A stretch of 64,000 bases of DNA from sequence record NC_042116.1; one strand, 5' to 3'. This document shows positions 45,921 to 57,096 of this stretch, piece after piece. Both the position numbers and the translations under genes were made by a program. Below the pieces are notes generated by a model that searched no databases, was not told where the DNA came from, and saw only the letters and a list, made by a program, of their open reading frames with translations. Position 1 is the stretch's first letter, and the number at the start of each line of letters is the position of its first letter.

Positions 45921-46346
45921 ATGCGATATACGTGTGGAATAATTTTTTATCGTGATGGTCAGATACTTATAGGTCATACTACTGGTCAGGAACATTGGGA
46001 TTTACCAAAAGGTAAAGCCGAAGATGGTGAAAGCTTTAAAGAAGCGGCTGTGCGTGAATGTTATGAAGAAACCGGATATGAAGTCTCTGAAGATGAATTA
46101 CTTTTAATTGGAGAAGTTTCATATCGAAAAGGTAAGAGATTAGTTTTATTTTTTTATACATCACGAGATAAACCAGATTCTGAACAGATGGAATGCATTA
46201 GTACATATACAAATCGATATGGTCAAGAAAAACCAGAACTTGATAAATTTATGTATATTGACGTAGAAGATTGTCAATTATACTTAACAGAACGTATGTG
46301 TAATAGTATAATTAAGGCTGTCACGAAATTTGTAGAACAAAGTTAA
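45921..46346 (+). CDS. Nudix hydrolase
   Basis: GKAEDGESFKEAAVRECYEETG Nudix box. Confidence 0.92.
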   Translation: MRYTCGIIFYRDGQILIGHTTGQEHWDLPKGKAEDGESFKEAAVRECYEETGYEVSEDELLLIGEVSYRKGKRLVLFFYTSRDKPDSEQMECISTYTNRYGQEKPELDKFMYIDVEDCQLYLTERMCNSIIKAVTKFVEQS

Positions 46347-46366
46347 AAACATAATAAGGGAATATT

Positions 46367-46603
46367 ATGAATGTAAAAATGTATGGTCGAAGCCAAGGAT
46401 GTAAGTTTTGTGATCGTGCAAAACTCATTTGTGAAATTAATGGGTTTGTATTAGATTTTATTGATATTGAAGCACAAGGTCTAAGTGCTGATGATTTAGC
46501 GGAGATTGTGGGAACTACAGTAAGAACTGTACCTCAAATTTTTGTAGATGAACAGTATATTGGAGGATGTGATAAGTTTGAAGCTTTTCTAAAAGGAGAA
46601 TAA
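46367..46603 (+). CDS. glutaredoxin
   Basis: CKFC active site, RTVPQIF, IGG. Confidence 0.92.
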   Translation: MNVKMYGRSQGCKFCDRAKLICEINGFVLDFIDIEAQGLSADDLAEIVGTTVRTVPQIFVDEQYIGGCDKFEAFLKGE

Positions 46604-46604
46604 A

Positions 46605-47012
46605 ATGAGTCTACTAACGACCATTCAAACAGATCGACAAGCAGCTTTAGGTAAAGACAGAGTAAAATATAGCTTATATGGTGTAATTATTGCTGAAGTA
46701 CAGCGTAAAACTACTGCGAACGATGTTGATGACAGTATAGTACTGCAATCAATTAAAAAATTACTTGAAAGTGTTAATGAATCATTGAAGTATAGTATTA
46801 CTGATGTATTAGAATCAGAAAAAACTCTTCTAGAAAATCTTCTACCAAAACAATTATCTAATGATGAATTGCTTAGTATTATGAAAGATATTATTTCTAA
46901 AGATCCTAATATGAAAGAAAAGAAAAACATGTTCCCTTATCTAAAAGCAAACTTTGATGGTATGTATAATGGTAAAGATGCAAGTACTCTTTTTGGTCAG
47001 TTAGGAGTTTAA
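46605..47012 (+). CDS. GatB/YqeY-domain protein
   Basis: ESEKTLLENLLPKQLSNDEL, MFPYLKANFDGMYNGK. Confidence 0.75.
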   Translation: MSLLTTIQTDRQAALGKDRVKYSLYGVIIAEVQRKTTANDVDDSIVLQSIKKLLESVNESLKYSITDVLESEKTLLENLLPKQLSNDELLSIMKDIISKDPNMKEKKNMFPYLKANFDGMYNGKDASTLFGQLGV

Positions 47013-47013
47013 T

Positions 47014-47358
47014 ATGGTCAGGAAAGATTCGTCTGAAATTAATCCTTATATCTTGGATGAGGATACAAGATATAAAGTGAATATGACACATTTCACTTTA
47101 GGTGAAGGTGGTCTTAGAAATATGCAACAACGCCATCACGATAGACTTGCTAAAGTTAAAGAATTGGCTGAAAGTTTAGGAGTTGAATATAACCCTTCTC
47201 TACCTTCACCTGATGATATAATTAAGCGGGTTGAAATGATGCAAGTATATCATGAAAATAAAGAATTATATGATTCTATTATCAGTAAAGTACTAACTAT
47301 ATGTTCTCATGAGGAAGTTTTAGAGTTTTTAGAGAAGCAAATTAATAGCCCTAAATAA
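47014..47358 (+). CDS. hypothetical protein
   Basis: 114-aa ORF. Confidence 0.6.
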   Translation: MVRKDSSEINPYILDEDTRYKVNMTHFTLGEGGLRNMQQRHHDRLAKVKELAESLGVEYNPSLPSPDDIIKRVEMMQVYHENKELYDSIISKVLTICSHEEVLEFLEKQINSPK

Positions 47359-47360
47359 AA

Positions 47361-47645
47361 GTGAAGGAACAATCCTTCAAATTACAATTTGGGAGAAAAT
47401 TTATGCTTAGTTTTCGTGATCAATTAGCAAAAGGTATTTTTGAAAATACAAAATCAAATGTTAATATTCCAAAGAAATCAGCATTCTTAGGAAAGATTAC
47501 CGACGATGGATTCTGTGACTATGATGTTCCAGAAGATACTTGGTATCTAACGCGAGATTTAAAACGAGGCTCTAGACTTCACCAAAGTAATATAGCGAGA
47601 CAGCATCGCAAAGAGACAAAGCGAATCCGTACTGGATTAAATTAA
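47361..47645 (+). CDS. hypothetical basic protein
   Basis: 94-aa ORF; start uncertain. Confidence 0.5.
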   Translation: MKEQSFKLQFGRKFMLSFRDQLAKGIFENTKSNVNIPKKSAFLGKITDDGFCDYDVPEDTWYLTRDLKRGSRLHQSNIARQHRKETKRIRTGLN

Positions 47646-47648
47646 TTT

Positions 47649-47675
47649 AAAGGACTTCTTAGGAAGTCCTTTTTT
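47649..47675 (+). terminator. rho-independent terminator
   Basis: AAAGGACTTC-TTAG-GAAGTCCTTT + T-tract. Confidence 0.85.
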
Positions 47676-47688
47676 CAATTGGACATTT

Positions 47689-48186
47689 ATGATAAATTAT
47701 TATTATGGTAATTTGTTTGAATTCGTGAACGAATTATTAACTGGAGATGAAAGTACTATACATTTTATAATTCATGGTTGTAATGCACAGGGTAGAATGC
47801 GTTCAGGTTTTGCAAAAGAACTTCGGGAACGATATCCATTAGCATATGATGAATATATTAAACAATATATTAAAAATAACAATAGTCTTCGGGTTGGAAG
47901 TGTAATAAATTATACACATAGTACTGAATTAATTATAAGTAACGCCATAACCCAAGATTTCTATGGTTATGATGGTGGTAAATATGTTAGTTATGATGCA
48001 ATTGATACTGCATTCGCAGAATTAGATTGTTCAGCACGAACATTAAAAAATCTTGGTGGGATTGAAAATATTCATTTTCATTTTCCTAAGATTGGTTCTG
48101 ATCTAGGTGGTGGTTATTGGGATGTTATTGAATCCATTATTGATAATCGTGTTCAGAACGCAACAAAAAATTTATATGAACTATAA
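47689..48186 (+). CDS. macro domain (ADP-ribose binding/hydrolase) protein
   Basis: YYYGNLF, IIHGCNAQGRMRSGFAKEL, NAITQ, FPKIGSDLGGGYW. Confidence 0.88.
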   Translation: MINYYYGNLFEFVNELLTGDESTIHFIIHGCNAQGRMRSGFAKELRERYPLAYDEYIKQYIKNNNSLRVGSVINYTHSTELIISNAITQDFYGYDGGKYVSYDAIDTAFAELDCSARTLKNLGGIENIHFHFPKIGSDLGGGYWDVIESIIDNRVQNATKNLYEL

Positions 48187-48201
48187 AACAAGGAATGTTA
48201 T

Positions 48202-48522
48202 ATGTCAAGCAATGTAAAACTAATTTTTATTAATGGTATTGGGCCACTTATCGGAACTATTCAAGATGATGTATCTGATGCGATTGTGGTACGTAATCCA
48301 TGTCAATTTGGATTAGATGATAAGGGTGAATTTGTTATTCGTGATTATCTTGAAGGAATTACCAATCCTAATGAAAATGTAATTTTTATGAAATATAATA
48401 TTGTTTCCGTCAATGTACCTGATGCATCAATTGCAGCAGCATATGTAGAAGCAATCGAAGCGTTAGAAGCAAGTGAAGAAAAATCACGACTAATCGTTCC
48501 TGATAACAAAATTATCATCTAA
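48202..48522 (+). CDS. hypothetical protein
   Basis: 106-aa ORF with AAGGA RBS. Confidence 0.7.
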   Translation: MSSNVKLIFINGIGPLIGTIQDDVSDAIVVRNPCQFGLDDKGEFVIRDYLEGITNPNENVIFMKYNIVSVNVPDASIAAAYVEAIEALEASEEKSRLIVPDNKIII

Positions 48523-48535
48523 CTGGTAGCCAAAT

Positions 48536-48898
48536 ATGAGTGTACATCAAGCAATTATTATAGTAAAAGATTTAGATTCAATCGAACTTGCTAGAGTTGC
48601 AGTTCGAGCTGGTATGGAAATTATGAACCAATATGATCCAACTCGTTCATCATATGCAGGTTCATATGAACATAAGTTGTTTAATGTATGGTATGATGAA
48701 TGGATTAACACTGGTGCTGAACAACGTTTATACATTTGCGATGAATCACATGGATTAGATGAAGTTGAATTTCATGCTAACTTAGAAGCTGCACCAACCA
48801 ACTTTATTCAACAAGGAACTAATTCTACTATATTAGTAGTTGGTCCTTTTGATTCAAATCGTTTGAATTTTTTCACTCAGAATTGTAAACAAGTATAA
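48536..48898 (+). CDS. peptidyl-tRNA hydrolase 2 (Pth2)-like protein, degenerate
   Basis: HQAIIIVKDL...EWINTG...TILVVGP...FTQNCK follows the Pth2 layout; the DAGxT motif is not conserved. Confidence 0.5.
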   Translation: MSVHQAIIIVKDLDSIELARVAVRAGMEIMNQYDPTRSSYAGSYEHKLFNVWYDEWINTGAEQRLYICDESHGLDEVEFHANLEAAPTNFIQQGTNSTILVVGPFDSNRLNFFTQNCKQV

Positions 48899-48900
48899 CT

Positions 48901-48952
48901 AATACCCCTAAATATGTGTAATATACACAAACATGTTTAGGGGTATTTTTTT
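48901..48952 (+). promoter_or_regulatory. 17-bp hairpin holding a late promoter and the RBS, also terminator-like
   Basis: AATACCCCTAAATATGT (48901-17) / ACATGTTTAGGGGTATT (48931-47), then T-tract and ATG 48953; CTAAATA at 48908-14. Confidence 0.7.
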
Positions 48953-49735
48953 ATGTACAATTATGCTGGAAATCCAGAATCTCCACAATACGATCATCGT
49001 GAAGAGTTGAAACGTGTAATTACAGTTATGTTAGGTGCAGGTGCAGTAAATGTTGAGCTAACTGATGAACAATTGGAAGTTTCTATTGATAACGCAGTAG
49101 CAAACTATCGAGCTTGGTCTGCTGCTTCAAAAGAAGAAGCCTTTTTACATATGAAATTTTATGAATCAGAATCAGTTTATGAACTTCCTACTGAAGTTGA
49201 AATAGTTCGAAGAATTTATCGACGTGGTAATGGTGTGGTATCAGGTTCTGGTGCAACAGTAGATCCATTTTCATTAGCCTATAGTAATACTTATTTGTTA
49301 AGTGCTGTTCGTGGAAGTACTGGTGGTGGTCTTTTAACTTATGATTTATATCATCAATTTGACAGTACTGTAGGTAGATTATTCGGACGTGAGATAATGT
49401 TCTTATGGAACTCGGTTAATAAAAAACTAACAATAGAACGTGATATTCGTGGTGAAGAAGAAGTTCTTCTACATGTTTATCATAATAAACCAGAGCCAAT
49501 GCTTTTCAGAACTCAAATGTCATATCCTTGGATACGTGATTGGGCTTTATCTGAAGCTATGATGATTCTAGGAAGAAACCGTGTTAAGTTTGCTACTCTA
49601 CCTGGTCCACAAGGAACATTTTCAATGGATGGTGCAGACTTAATTCAAAATGCAATAAGAATGCAGGAAGATTTGAAACAAAGATTACACAACCATGAAG
49701 ATGGTAGTGACCCATTATCATTCATTATTGGATAA
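48953..49735 (+). CDS. neck protein (T4 gp13-like)
   Basis: MLGAGAVNVELTDEQL, WIRDWALSEAMMILGRNRVKF, FSMDG, PLSFIIG. Confidence 0.8.
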   Translation: MYNYAGNPESPQYDHREELKRVITVMLGAGAVNVELTDEQLEVSIDNAVANYRAWSAASKEEAFLHMKFYESESVYELPTEVEIVRRIYRRGNGVVSGSGATVDPFSLAYSNTYLLSAVRGSTGGGLLTYDLYHQFDSTVGRLFGREIMFLWNSVNKKLTIERDIRGEEEVLLHVYHNKPEPMLFRTQMSYPWIRDWALSEAMMILGRNRVKFATLPGPQGTFSMDGADLIQNAIRMQEDLKQRLHNHEDGSDPLSFIIG

Positions 49736-49773
49736 TATAAATACACCATAATTGGAAACAATATGGTGATATT

Positions 49774-50031
49774 ATGCGTTATAAAGCTTATTTGGGATCT
49801 GATGAATTTACGTATAGTGATGAAGTACATGAATTGTATAAAAAAGTTGATTCATTTATGATTAATATTGCAGATTCTGATGGTAGTACTGGAACATTTG
49901 AAATAATTCAAGAAACATTGTGTGGTTGTCCATACTTTACTGCTTTAGTGGAATTCCCAACATGGGCTGAGGCATTATTTTTGATACAATTTTATGAATA
50001 TAGTTGGGACATCGTGGAAGAATCCGTATAG
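49774..50031 (+). CDS. hypothetical protein
   Basis: 85 aa; preceded by TATAAATA (49736-43) and a GAAA-capped hairpin covering the RBS. Confidence 0.6.
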   Translation: MRYKAYLGSDEFTYSDEVHELYKKVDSFMINIADSDGSTGTFEIIQETLCGCPYFTALVEFPTWAEALFLIQFYEYSWDIVEESV

Positions 50032-50065
50032 ATTCTTCCATTTTTCGTATATAAAGGATAATAAC

Positions 50066-50707
50066 ATGGAACGTAAAATAGTAGCAATAAATGGTATAAT
50101 TGGATCTGGAAAAGATTCTTTTTCACAAGTATTTGTAGATAATGGATTTTATAGAGTTTCTTTTGCAGAATCATTAAAAGATGCAGTAAGTTCTATTTTT
50201 GGTTGGGATCGTGAAATGCTAGAAGGTAATACACCAGAATCAAGAATTATAAGAGAACGACCAGATGAATACTGGAGTACAGTACTGGATCGTGAAATAA
50301 CCCCACGATGGGTATTACAAAACTTTGGCACAGATGTATGTAGACGATTCTTTCATGATAATATTTGGGTATTCAGTTTAGAACATCGAATTAGTAAATT
50401 GGAACATAGTAAAATTATTATTACTGATTGTAGATTTCCTAATGAATTAAAAATGGTTCGTAATAATAATGGTATTATTATTGAAGTTCAACGTAATTTA
50501 CCTGATTGGTACTATGATGCTTTTAAATATAATATAAATTCTGAATATGATTCTAGTATAGAAAAACCTGAATCTTTAACTGACATACATTCATCAGAAT
50601 ATGGATGGATTGGTATCAATCAACCTGACTATATTGTTGAAAATACATCAACTTTGAATAGTTTACATGCTCAAGCATACACAATTTTAGCTCAAATCAC
50701 CAACTAA
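50066..50707 (+). CDS. deoxynucleoside monophosphate kinase (T4 gp1-like)
   Basis: INGIIGSGKD, FAESLKDAVSSIFGWDREMLEG, RWVLQNFGTD, ITDCRFPNE, HSSE. Confidence 0.9.
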   Translation: MERKIVAINGIIGSGKDSFSQVFVDNGFYRVSFAESLKDAVSSIFGWDREMLEGNTPESRIIRERPDEYWSTVLDREITPRWVLQNFGTDVCRRFFHDNIWVFSLEHRISKLEHSKIIITDCRFPNELKMVRNNNGIIIEVQRNLPDWYYDAFKYNINSEYDSSIEKPESLTDIHSSEYGWIGINQPDYIVENTSTLNSLHAQAYTILAQITN

Positions 50708-50730
50708 ATTACTTTTCATACATAACTTTA

Positions 50731-50790
50731 AATCCTCCAATAAATAACAGTATAAGAATATTCGAATAAACCCAAAATTTTTGGAGGATT
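50731..50790 (+). promoter_or_regulatory. late promoter in the loop of an RBS-sequestering stem (tail sheath)
   Basis: AATCCTCCAA (50731-40) is the exact complement of TTGGAGGATT (50781-90, GGAGG RBS); ATAAATA at 50740-46. Confidence 0.7.
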
Positions 50791-50792
50791 AA

Positions 50793-53444
50793 ATGGCTGA
50801 TTTACTATCACCTGGTGTAAATGTAACAGTTACCGATGAAACTATTAGTTCTACTAGCGGTGCAGGAACTGTGCCTTTGTTTATCATTGCGACGGCACAA
50901 GATAAACTAGTTACAGGAAGTACTTCTGTTGCTGCGGGAACAACTAAAGCTAACGCAGGAAAACTACAACTAATTACATCGCAACGAAATGCTCTTGAAA
51001 TGTACGGATCACCAATATTTCAAAAAAGTAATGGATCTGTCGTTCAAGGCGATGAACTTAATGAATATGGCCTACACGCTGTATATAGCTACATGGGTAT
51101 TGCAAACCGTGCATATGTAGTTCGTGCTGATGTTGATATGGCACAACTAGAACCAACAGGAACTGAACCAACAGGACCAGTATCTAATGGTACTTTGTGG
51201 TTAGATACATCTGCCACACAAATTGAAGCATATGTCGCTAGAGTTAATAACCCAACCAGTTTCTTTGACTGGCAACTAAAACCTGTAACCATTGTCAGTT
51301 ATGAAGATATTGATGATGTTCCTACTAATACATTAAATGTAGATGATTTAGTACTACGTCATATTCCTAGTACTGGACAAATGCTAATGTATAAATTCGA
51401 AGCAATTGGTTTAGTTCAGGTTGAAACTTATCTATCACCAATTAACAAAGTCCCAACAGGATCAGCTATTATCAGAGGTAATATCTGGATTCGTGATGGT
51501 TACACTAAAAATGGTTCAAACTATTTTGGTACACGTTTTGTACTAAAACGTTTTGCTTCTCTAACTGCCGTTTGGAATGAAGTAAATGTTTGGACTGGTA
51601 ACAGTTTTTATGAAATTGAATCTAAATCTGGTACATTTGATAACACTTATTTCGGATCACTTTTTGATGAAGACAGTAAGAGTTTTTCATTATATACTAA
51701 AGCTGGAAATATTGCAGCAATTTCTGCACCAGCAACCCCTATTGGTCAATCTTCTAGCCAAGTAGCTACAAGTATTGGTAATTTAACAATTAAGTACTTA
51801 AACAAATCAGTAACAGTTGCCGCTGTATTACAATCTCAAATTATTAATACTGCAACATTAATTGCAAACCTTAATCAAAGTTCTGACTTAATTAATGCTG
51901 GGTTTACCTTTACTGGTACTAACGCATTGATTGTAACAAATAGAAATGGTTATAGTTTTGAAACTACTTCTACTGGTCAACAAATATTCAGTACTCCAGA
52001 ATTAGCGAAATTGACAGTTGATAGTAATAACTATTCATTGGTTAATGTTAATAACTTACGTGTTAGCTCAATAACACCAACAGCAAAAGCACCAAACGGT
52101 ACTTATTGGTATGATTTCAGTAATTCTGATTCATTAAAGGTTACTATGTATGTTGCTAATGTTAGTACTGAAGATTGGGATTTAATAATTGAATCTAATC
52201 AATATGTGCAATTAGATGAACCAGCAGCAGACCGTGATTTTTGGGCTAAGCCTTTATCACAAGGTGTTGAAGGATATGAATTCTATCGTAATGTAAGCGG
52301 TACTTGGGTTAAATTAGACTCAACAGATCAAAGTACTTTAAATGGTATGGTATTTGAAGATTTTAATTCAGGCGAAGTTCCTAGTGCAGCATTATATCAG
52401 AATGGTATGTTGGCAATTGATTTAGGTAATACTGAAGGTGTTGTTAAAGTCATGACTAATGGTATATGGGCTATCGCAAGTGGTGTAGCATTAAATGGTG
52501 CTGGATTATTTGGTCGTGCTGCTCAACGTCAAATCATAGTTGAGGCATTAGCTGCTGTTGTTATTGGAAATGAAGAAATTCGTGCTGAAAGTATTGATTA
52601 TAACTTAGTGTGTGTCCCTGGTTATGTTGAACTTTTAGATGAATTAGTAACACTTAACACAGATCGTAAAGAAACTGCATTTATCGTAACTGATGTTCCT
52701 GCACGTTTAGCACCAAATAGTACTGCGGTACAAGCATGGGCTTCTAATGCAAATAATGCTCCTAGTAATGGTGACATTGGTAGAACAACTGGTTACTCTT
52801 ATGCTGCTCAATACATGGGATGGTGCTTAAGTACTAACGTTGATGGTTCAGAAGTTGCTGTACCTGGTAGTACTATTGCAATGCGTACCTATGCTTACAG
52901 TGATAGCGTAAGTTATGTATGGTATCCACCTGCTGGTACACAACGTGGTGTTGTAACAAATGCTGCATCTGTTGGTTTCATTAATGGTGAAGGTGAATAT
53001 GCTCCAGTAGTATATAACCAAGGCCAACGTGATACAATGTATGTTAATAAAATCAACCCAATTGCAATGCGTCCTAATCGTGGATTATTAGTATATGGAG
53101 ATAAGACTTTAGCACCAGATGATGGTTCTGCATTAAGTCGTGTTAACGTTGCACGTTTAGTAGTTTATATTCGTCGTCAATTGGAAATTCTTGCTGAACC
53201 ATTCTTATTCCGCTTGAATACTCCAAGTACTCGCCAAGAATTCACATCTGTAGTTAATAATTTCTTAGCTGAAATTGTTCAATTAAATGGATTATATGAT
53301 TTCTTAGTAGTATGTGATGAATCAAATAACACTACTACACGTATTGGTAGAAATGAATTGTGGATGGATATTGCACTTGTACCAACTCGTTCAATCAACT
53401 TCATCTATATTCCAATCCGTTTGGAAAATAGTTTAACACAATAA
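50793..53444 (+). CDS. contractile tail sheath protein
   Basis: LSPGVNVTVTDE; C-terminal WYPPAGTQRG, YVNKINPI, GDKT, RVNVARL, INFIYIPI. Confidence 0.95.
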   Translation: MADLLSPGVNVTVTDETISSTSGAGTVPLFIIATAQDKLVTGSTSVAAGTTKANAGKLQLITSQRNALEMYGSPIFQKSNGSVVQGDELNEYGLHAVYSYMGIANRAYVVRADVDMAQLEPTGTEPTGPVSNGTLWLDTSATQIEAYVARVNNPTSFFDWQLKPVTIVSYEDIDDVPTNTLNVDDLVLRHIPSTGQMLMYKFEAIGLVQVETYLSPINKVPTGSAIIRGNIWIRDGYTKNGSNYFGTRFVLKRFASLTAVWNEVNVWTGNSFYEIESKSGTFDNTYFGSLFDEDSKSFSLYTKAGNIAAISAPATPIGQSSSQVATSIGNLTIKYLNKSVTVAAVLQSQIINTATLIANLNQSSDLINAGFTFTGTNALIVTNRNGYSFETTSTGQQIFSTPELAKLTVDSNNYSLVNVNNLRVSSITPTAKAPNGTYWYDFSNSDSLKVTMYVANVSTEDWDLIIESNQYVQLDEPAADRDFWAKPLSQGVEGYEFYRNVSGTWVKLDSTDQSTLNGMVFEDFNSGEVPSAALYQNGMLAIDLGNTEGVVKVMTNGIWAIASGVALNGAGLFGRAAQRQIIVEALAAVVIGNEEIRAESIDYNLVCVPGYVELLDELVTLNTDRKETAFIVTDVPARLAPNSTAVQAWASNANNAPSNGDIGRTTGYSYAAQYMGWCLSTNVDGSEVAVPGSTIAMRTYAYSDSVSYVWYPPAGTQRGVVTNAASVGFINGEGEYAPVVYNQGQRDTMYVNKINPIAMRPNRGLLVYGDKTLAPDDGSALSRVNVARLVVYIRRQLEILAEPFLFRLNTPSTRQEFTSVVNNFLAEIVQLNGLYDFLVVCDESNNTTTRIGRNELWMDIALVPTRSINFIYIPIRLENSLTQ

Positions 53445-53449
53445 ACACT

Positions 53450-53475
53450 AAGGGAGCCTAATGGCTCCCTTTTTT
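53450..53475 (+). terminator. rho-independent terminator
   Basis: AAGGGAGCC-TAAT-GGCTCCCTT + T-tract. Confidence 0.9.
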
Positions 53476-53524
53476 ATTTTATTTTTTTAATAGCTAAATA
53501 ATGAAAACAACATTGGAGAATAAA

Positions 53525-53929
53525 ATGGGTTTATTAGATAAGTATGGTATTGAATTAAAATCAATGGAAGAAATTGTAGAACCTCAAGTATCATATCGAT
53601 TTATATGTATGGTATCTAATTTAGATATTAGTTTATATGTAAATAAAATTGATATTAAGTTTATTAATGGAAAAACACATATTACAATTGTTCTTCGAGA
53701 AATAGATAAAGATTCTAATTTTAATAAGATTTTAAAATATTCTAAAAATACCAAAGGTGAAGTTATAACAATACAAATGTTAGATAAAAATAATGAACTT
53801 TCAAATGAATGTATTATTAATAATTTTAAAATAACAGAAATTTCTCTGACAGATTTAGACTATAGTAAAGCTACGTCTGTATCTGTATCATTTACCTGTG
53901 TTGGAGATTATCATAATATTACTGAGTAA
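53525..53929 (+). CDS. divergent tail-tube-like protein
   Basis: MGLLDKYGI...PQVSYRF...LDYS mirrors the tube paralogs; CTAAATA upstream. Confidence 0.55.
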   Translation: MGLLDKYGIELKSMEEIVEPQVSYRFICMVSNLDISLYVNKIDIKFINGKTHITIVLREIDKDSNFNKILKYSKNTKGEVITIQMLDKNNELSNECIINNFKITEISLTDLDYSKATSVSVSFTCVGDYHNITE

Positions 53930-53981
53930 ACTTTATAAATACATTAAAGATTATTCCTTAAATTATTAGGAGAAGATAATA

Positions 53982-54671
53982 ATGGCAAATTTACTGGATA
54001 AATATGGTGTTCCAATTCCAGGTGGTAGTCGTGCTCCAATGAAGCAACCAAAGCCTAAGTACCGCTACCGAATTCTATTTTTCGGTTTTGGTAATGCTGA
54101 TGATGGTAACTACATTGCGTTAGACACTAACACTGTGGGTGCACCTCATGTAGAACATGAAAACGTAACTGTTCACAGTTACAACAGTAGTGCTCACTAT
54201 AAAGGCAAATACACATGGAGTCCTATTGAAGTTGCATTTCGTGACTCGGTAGGTAACATGTCATTAAAAGCCCTTTATAACCAAATGCGTAAAGAATTCA
54301 ACTACTATTCACAAGAATCACGTATTACTGGTTCTCAATATAAGTTCGAAATGTGGATTCAAACACTTGATGGTTCTAATAGTGAAGATACTACTAACCT
54401 ATATCAAGGGACTCTTACAACTTGGATCTGTCAAGGTTGTTTCATCACAGAAAGTAATTTCGGTGATTGGGACTACTCAAGTTCAGAACCACAAGTTATT
54501 ACCATGACATTACAGCCAGATGGATGTGTGTTAGTTGGTCCAGAAGGTCAAGCTCTTGGTGATGAAGTTACTGGTAACGGTACTCCTGAAAACTCTGTGG
54601 CTATTACCTCTAGTCCAACAGCAGTTAATGCGGATACATTACCTGATACAAACTTCTACAAAGGACAGTAA
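53982..54671 (+). CDS. tail tube protein
   Basis: QPKPKYRYR, GKYTWSPIEVAFRD, WICQGCFI, DWDYSSSE; TATAAATA at 53934. Confidence 0.85.
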   Translation: MANLLDKYGVPIPGGSRAPMKQPKPKYRYRILFFGFGNADDGNYIALDTNTVGAPHVEHENVTVHSYNSSAHYKGKYTWSPIEVAFRDSVGNMSLKALYNQMRKEFNYYSQESRITGSQYKFEMWIQTLDGSNSEDTTNLYQGTLTTWICQGCFITESNFGDWDYSSSEPQVITMTLQPDGCVLVGPEGQALGDEVTGNGTPENSVAITSSPTAVNADTLPDTNFYKGQ

Positions 54672-54680
54672 CAATATCCT

Positions 54681-54708
54681 AAAAGCCCTGACTATTCAGG
54701 GCTTTTTT
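54681..54708 (+). terminator. rho-independent terminator
   Basis: AAAAGCCCTGA-CTAT-TCAGGGCTTTT. Confidence 0.9.
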
Positions 54709-54757
54709 ATTGCTAAATAATAATATAAATTCCAAATTTAAATAGGGGAAAGTATAA

Positions 54758-55531
54758 ATGGCAAATATGATGGATAAGTATGGTGTTCCTCTACCAAGTG
54801 GTCGCAATAAAACCATGAGCCAACCAAAAATTAAACATAAGTTCAGAGTTGTTGTATCAAACTTTGGTACTGCGATTGATGAAAAAGATTTTGTTGCATT
54901 GGAAGTATCTGAAGTAGATCGTCCTGGTATTTCGTTCGAAACTCATCAACTATATCAATTTGCTACAAATACTTCTTATGTTGGTCGTTGGGATTGGAAA
55001 CCAATCACACTTACAATACGTGATGCAGTTGATAATAAAGTAGCTAAATCTATTATTCGTCAACTACAAAAACAATTAGATTTCCAGCGTAGAATCTCTG
55101 CGAAATCAGAACAAGAATTTGCGGGATATAAATTCCGTATGATGATTGAAACTACTGGCGGGGCAAACCCTGATGATTCACTAACTAACCTAATACGTGA
55201 TACCGCTGTTGATTCAGCTACTGCTATTACTAATAATGAAGGTTTAGTTAATGCAATAGATGATTTTGTCGGCGGGAATGGTTTCAACGCATTAAGTACT
55301 TTAGATCGATGGGTATGTTATGGATGTATAATAACTGACATTGAATGGGATTCATTAGATTATGGGTCATCTCAGTACTTAACTATTAAGTTAACTATTA
55401 AACCTGATAATTGTGTACAGTACGATATGATTGAAGAAATGTATTCTGATAGAATAAGTTCATTACTTCCAGATAATGTTGATAATGCATTAGATATTGT
55501 AGACAGAATATTTGGTTCAGCGAGAATTTAA
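54758..55531 (+). CDS. tail tube protein paralog
   Basis: QPKIKHKFR, GRWDWKPITLTIRD, WVCYGCII, LDYGSS. Confidence 0.8.
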   Translation: MANMMDKYGVPLPSGRNKTMSQPKIKHKFRVVVSNFGTAIDEKDFVALEVSEVDRPGISFETHQLYQFATNTSYVGRWDWKPITLTIRDAVDNKVAKSIIRQLQKQLDFQRRISAKSEQEFAGYKFRMMIETTGGANPDDSLTNLIRDTAVDSATAITNNEGLVNAIDDFVGGNGFNALSTLDRWVCYGCIITDIEWDSLDYGSSQYLTIKLTIKPDNCVQYDMIEEMYSDRISSLLPDNVDNALDIVDRIFGSARI

Positions 55532-55542
55532 GAGGAATAATT

Positions 55543-57095
<1,553 letters not shown>

Positions 57096-57096
57096 T

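Noticed and set aside
49736-49768. TATAAATA plus GAAA-capped hairpin before ORF 49774 as another promoter-in-hairpin switch
   Set aside because: Here the promoter lies wholly upstream of the 5' arm, so late transcripts would still fold; the geometry differs from the five counted cases.
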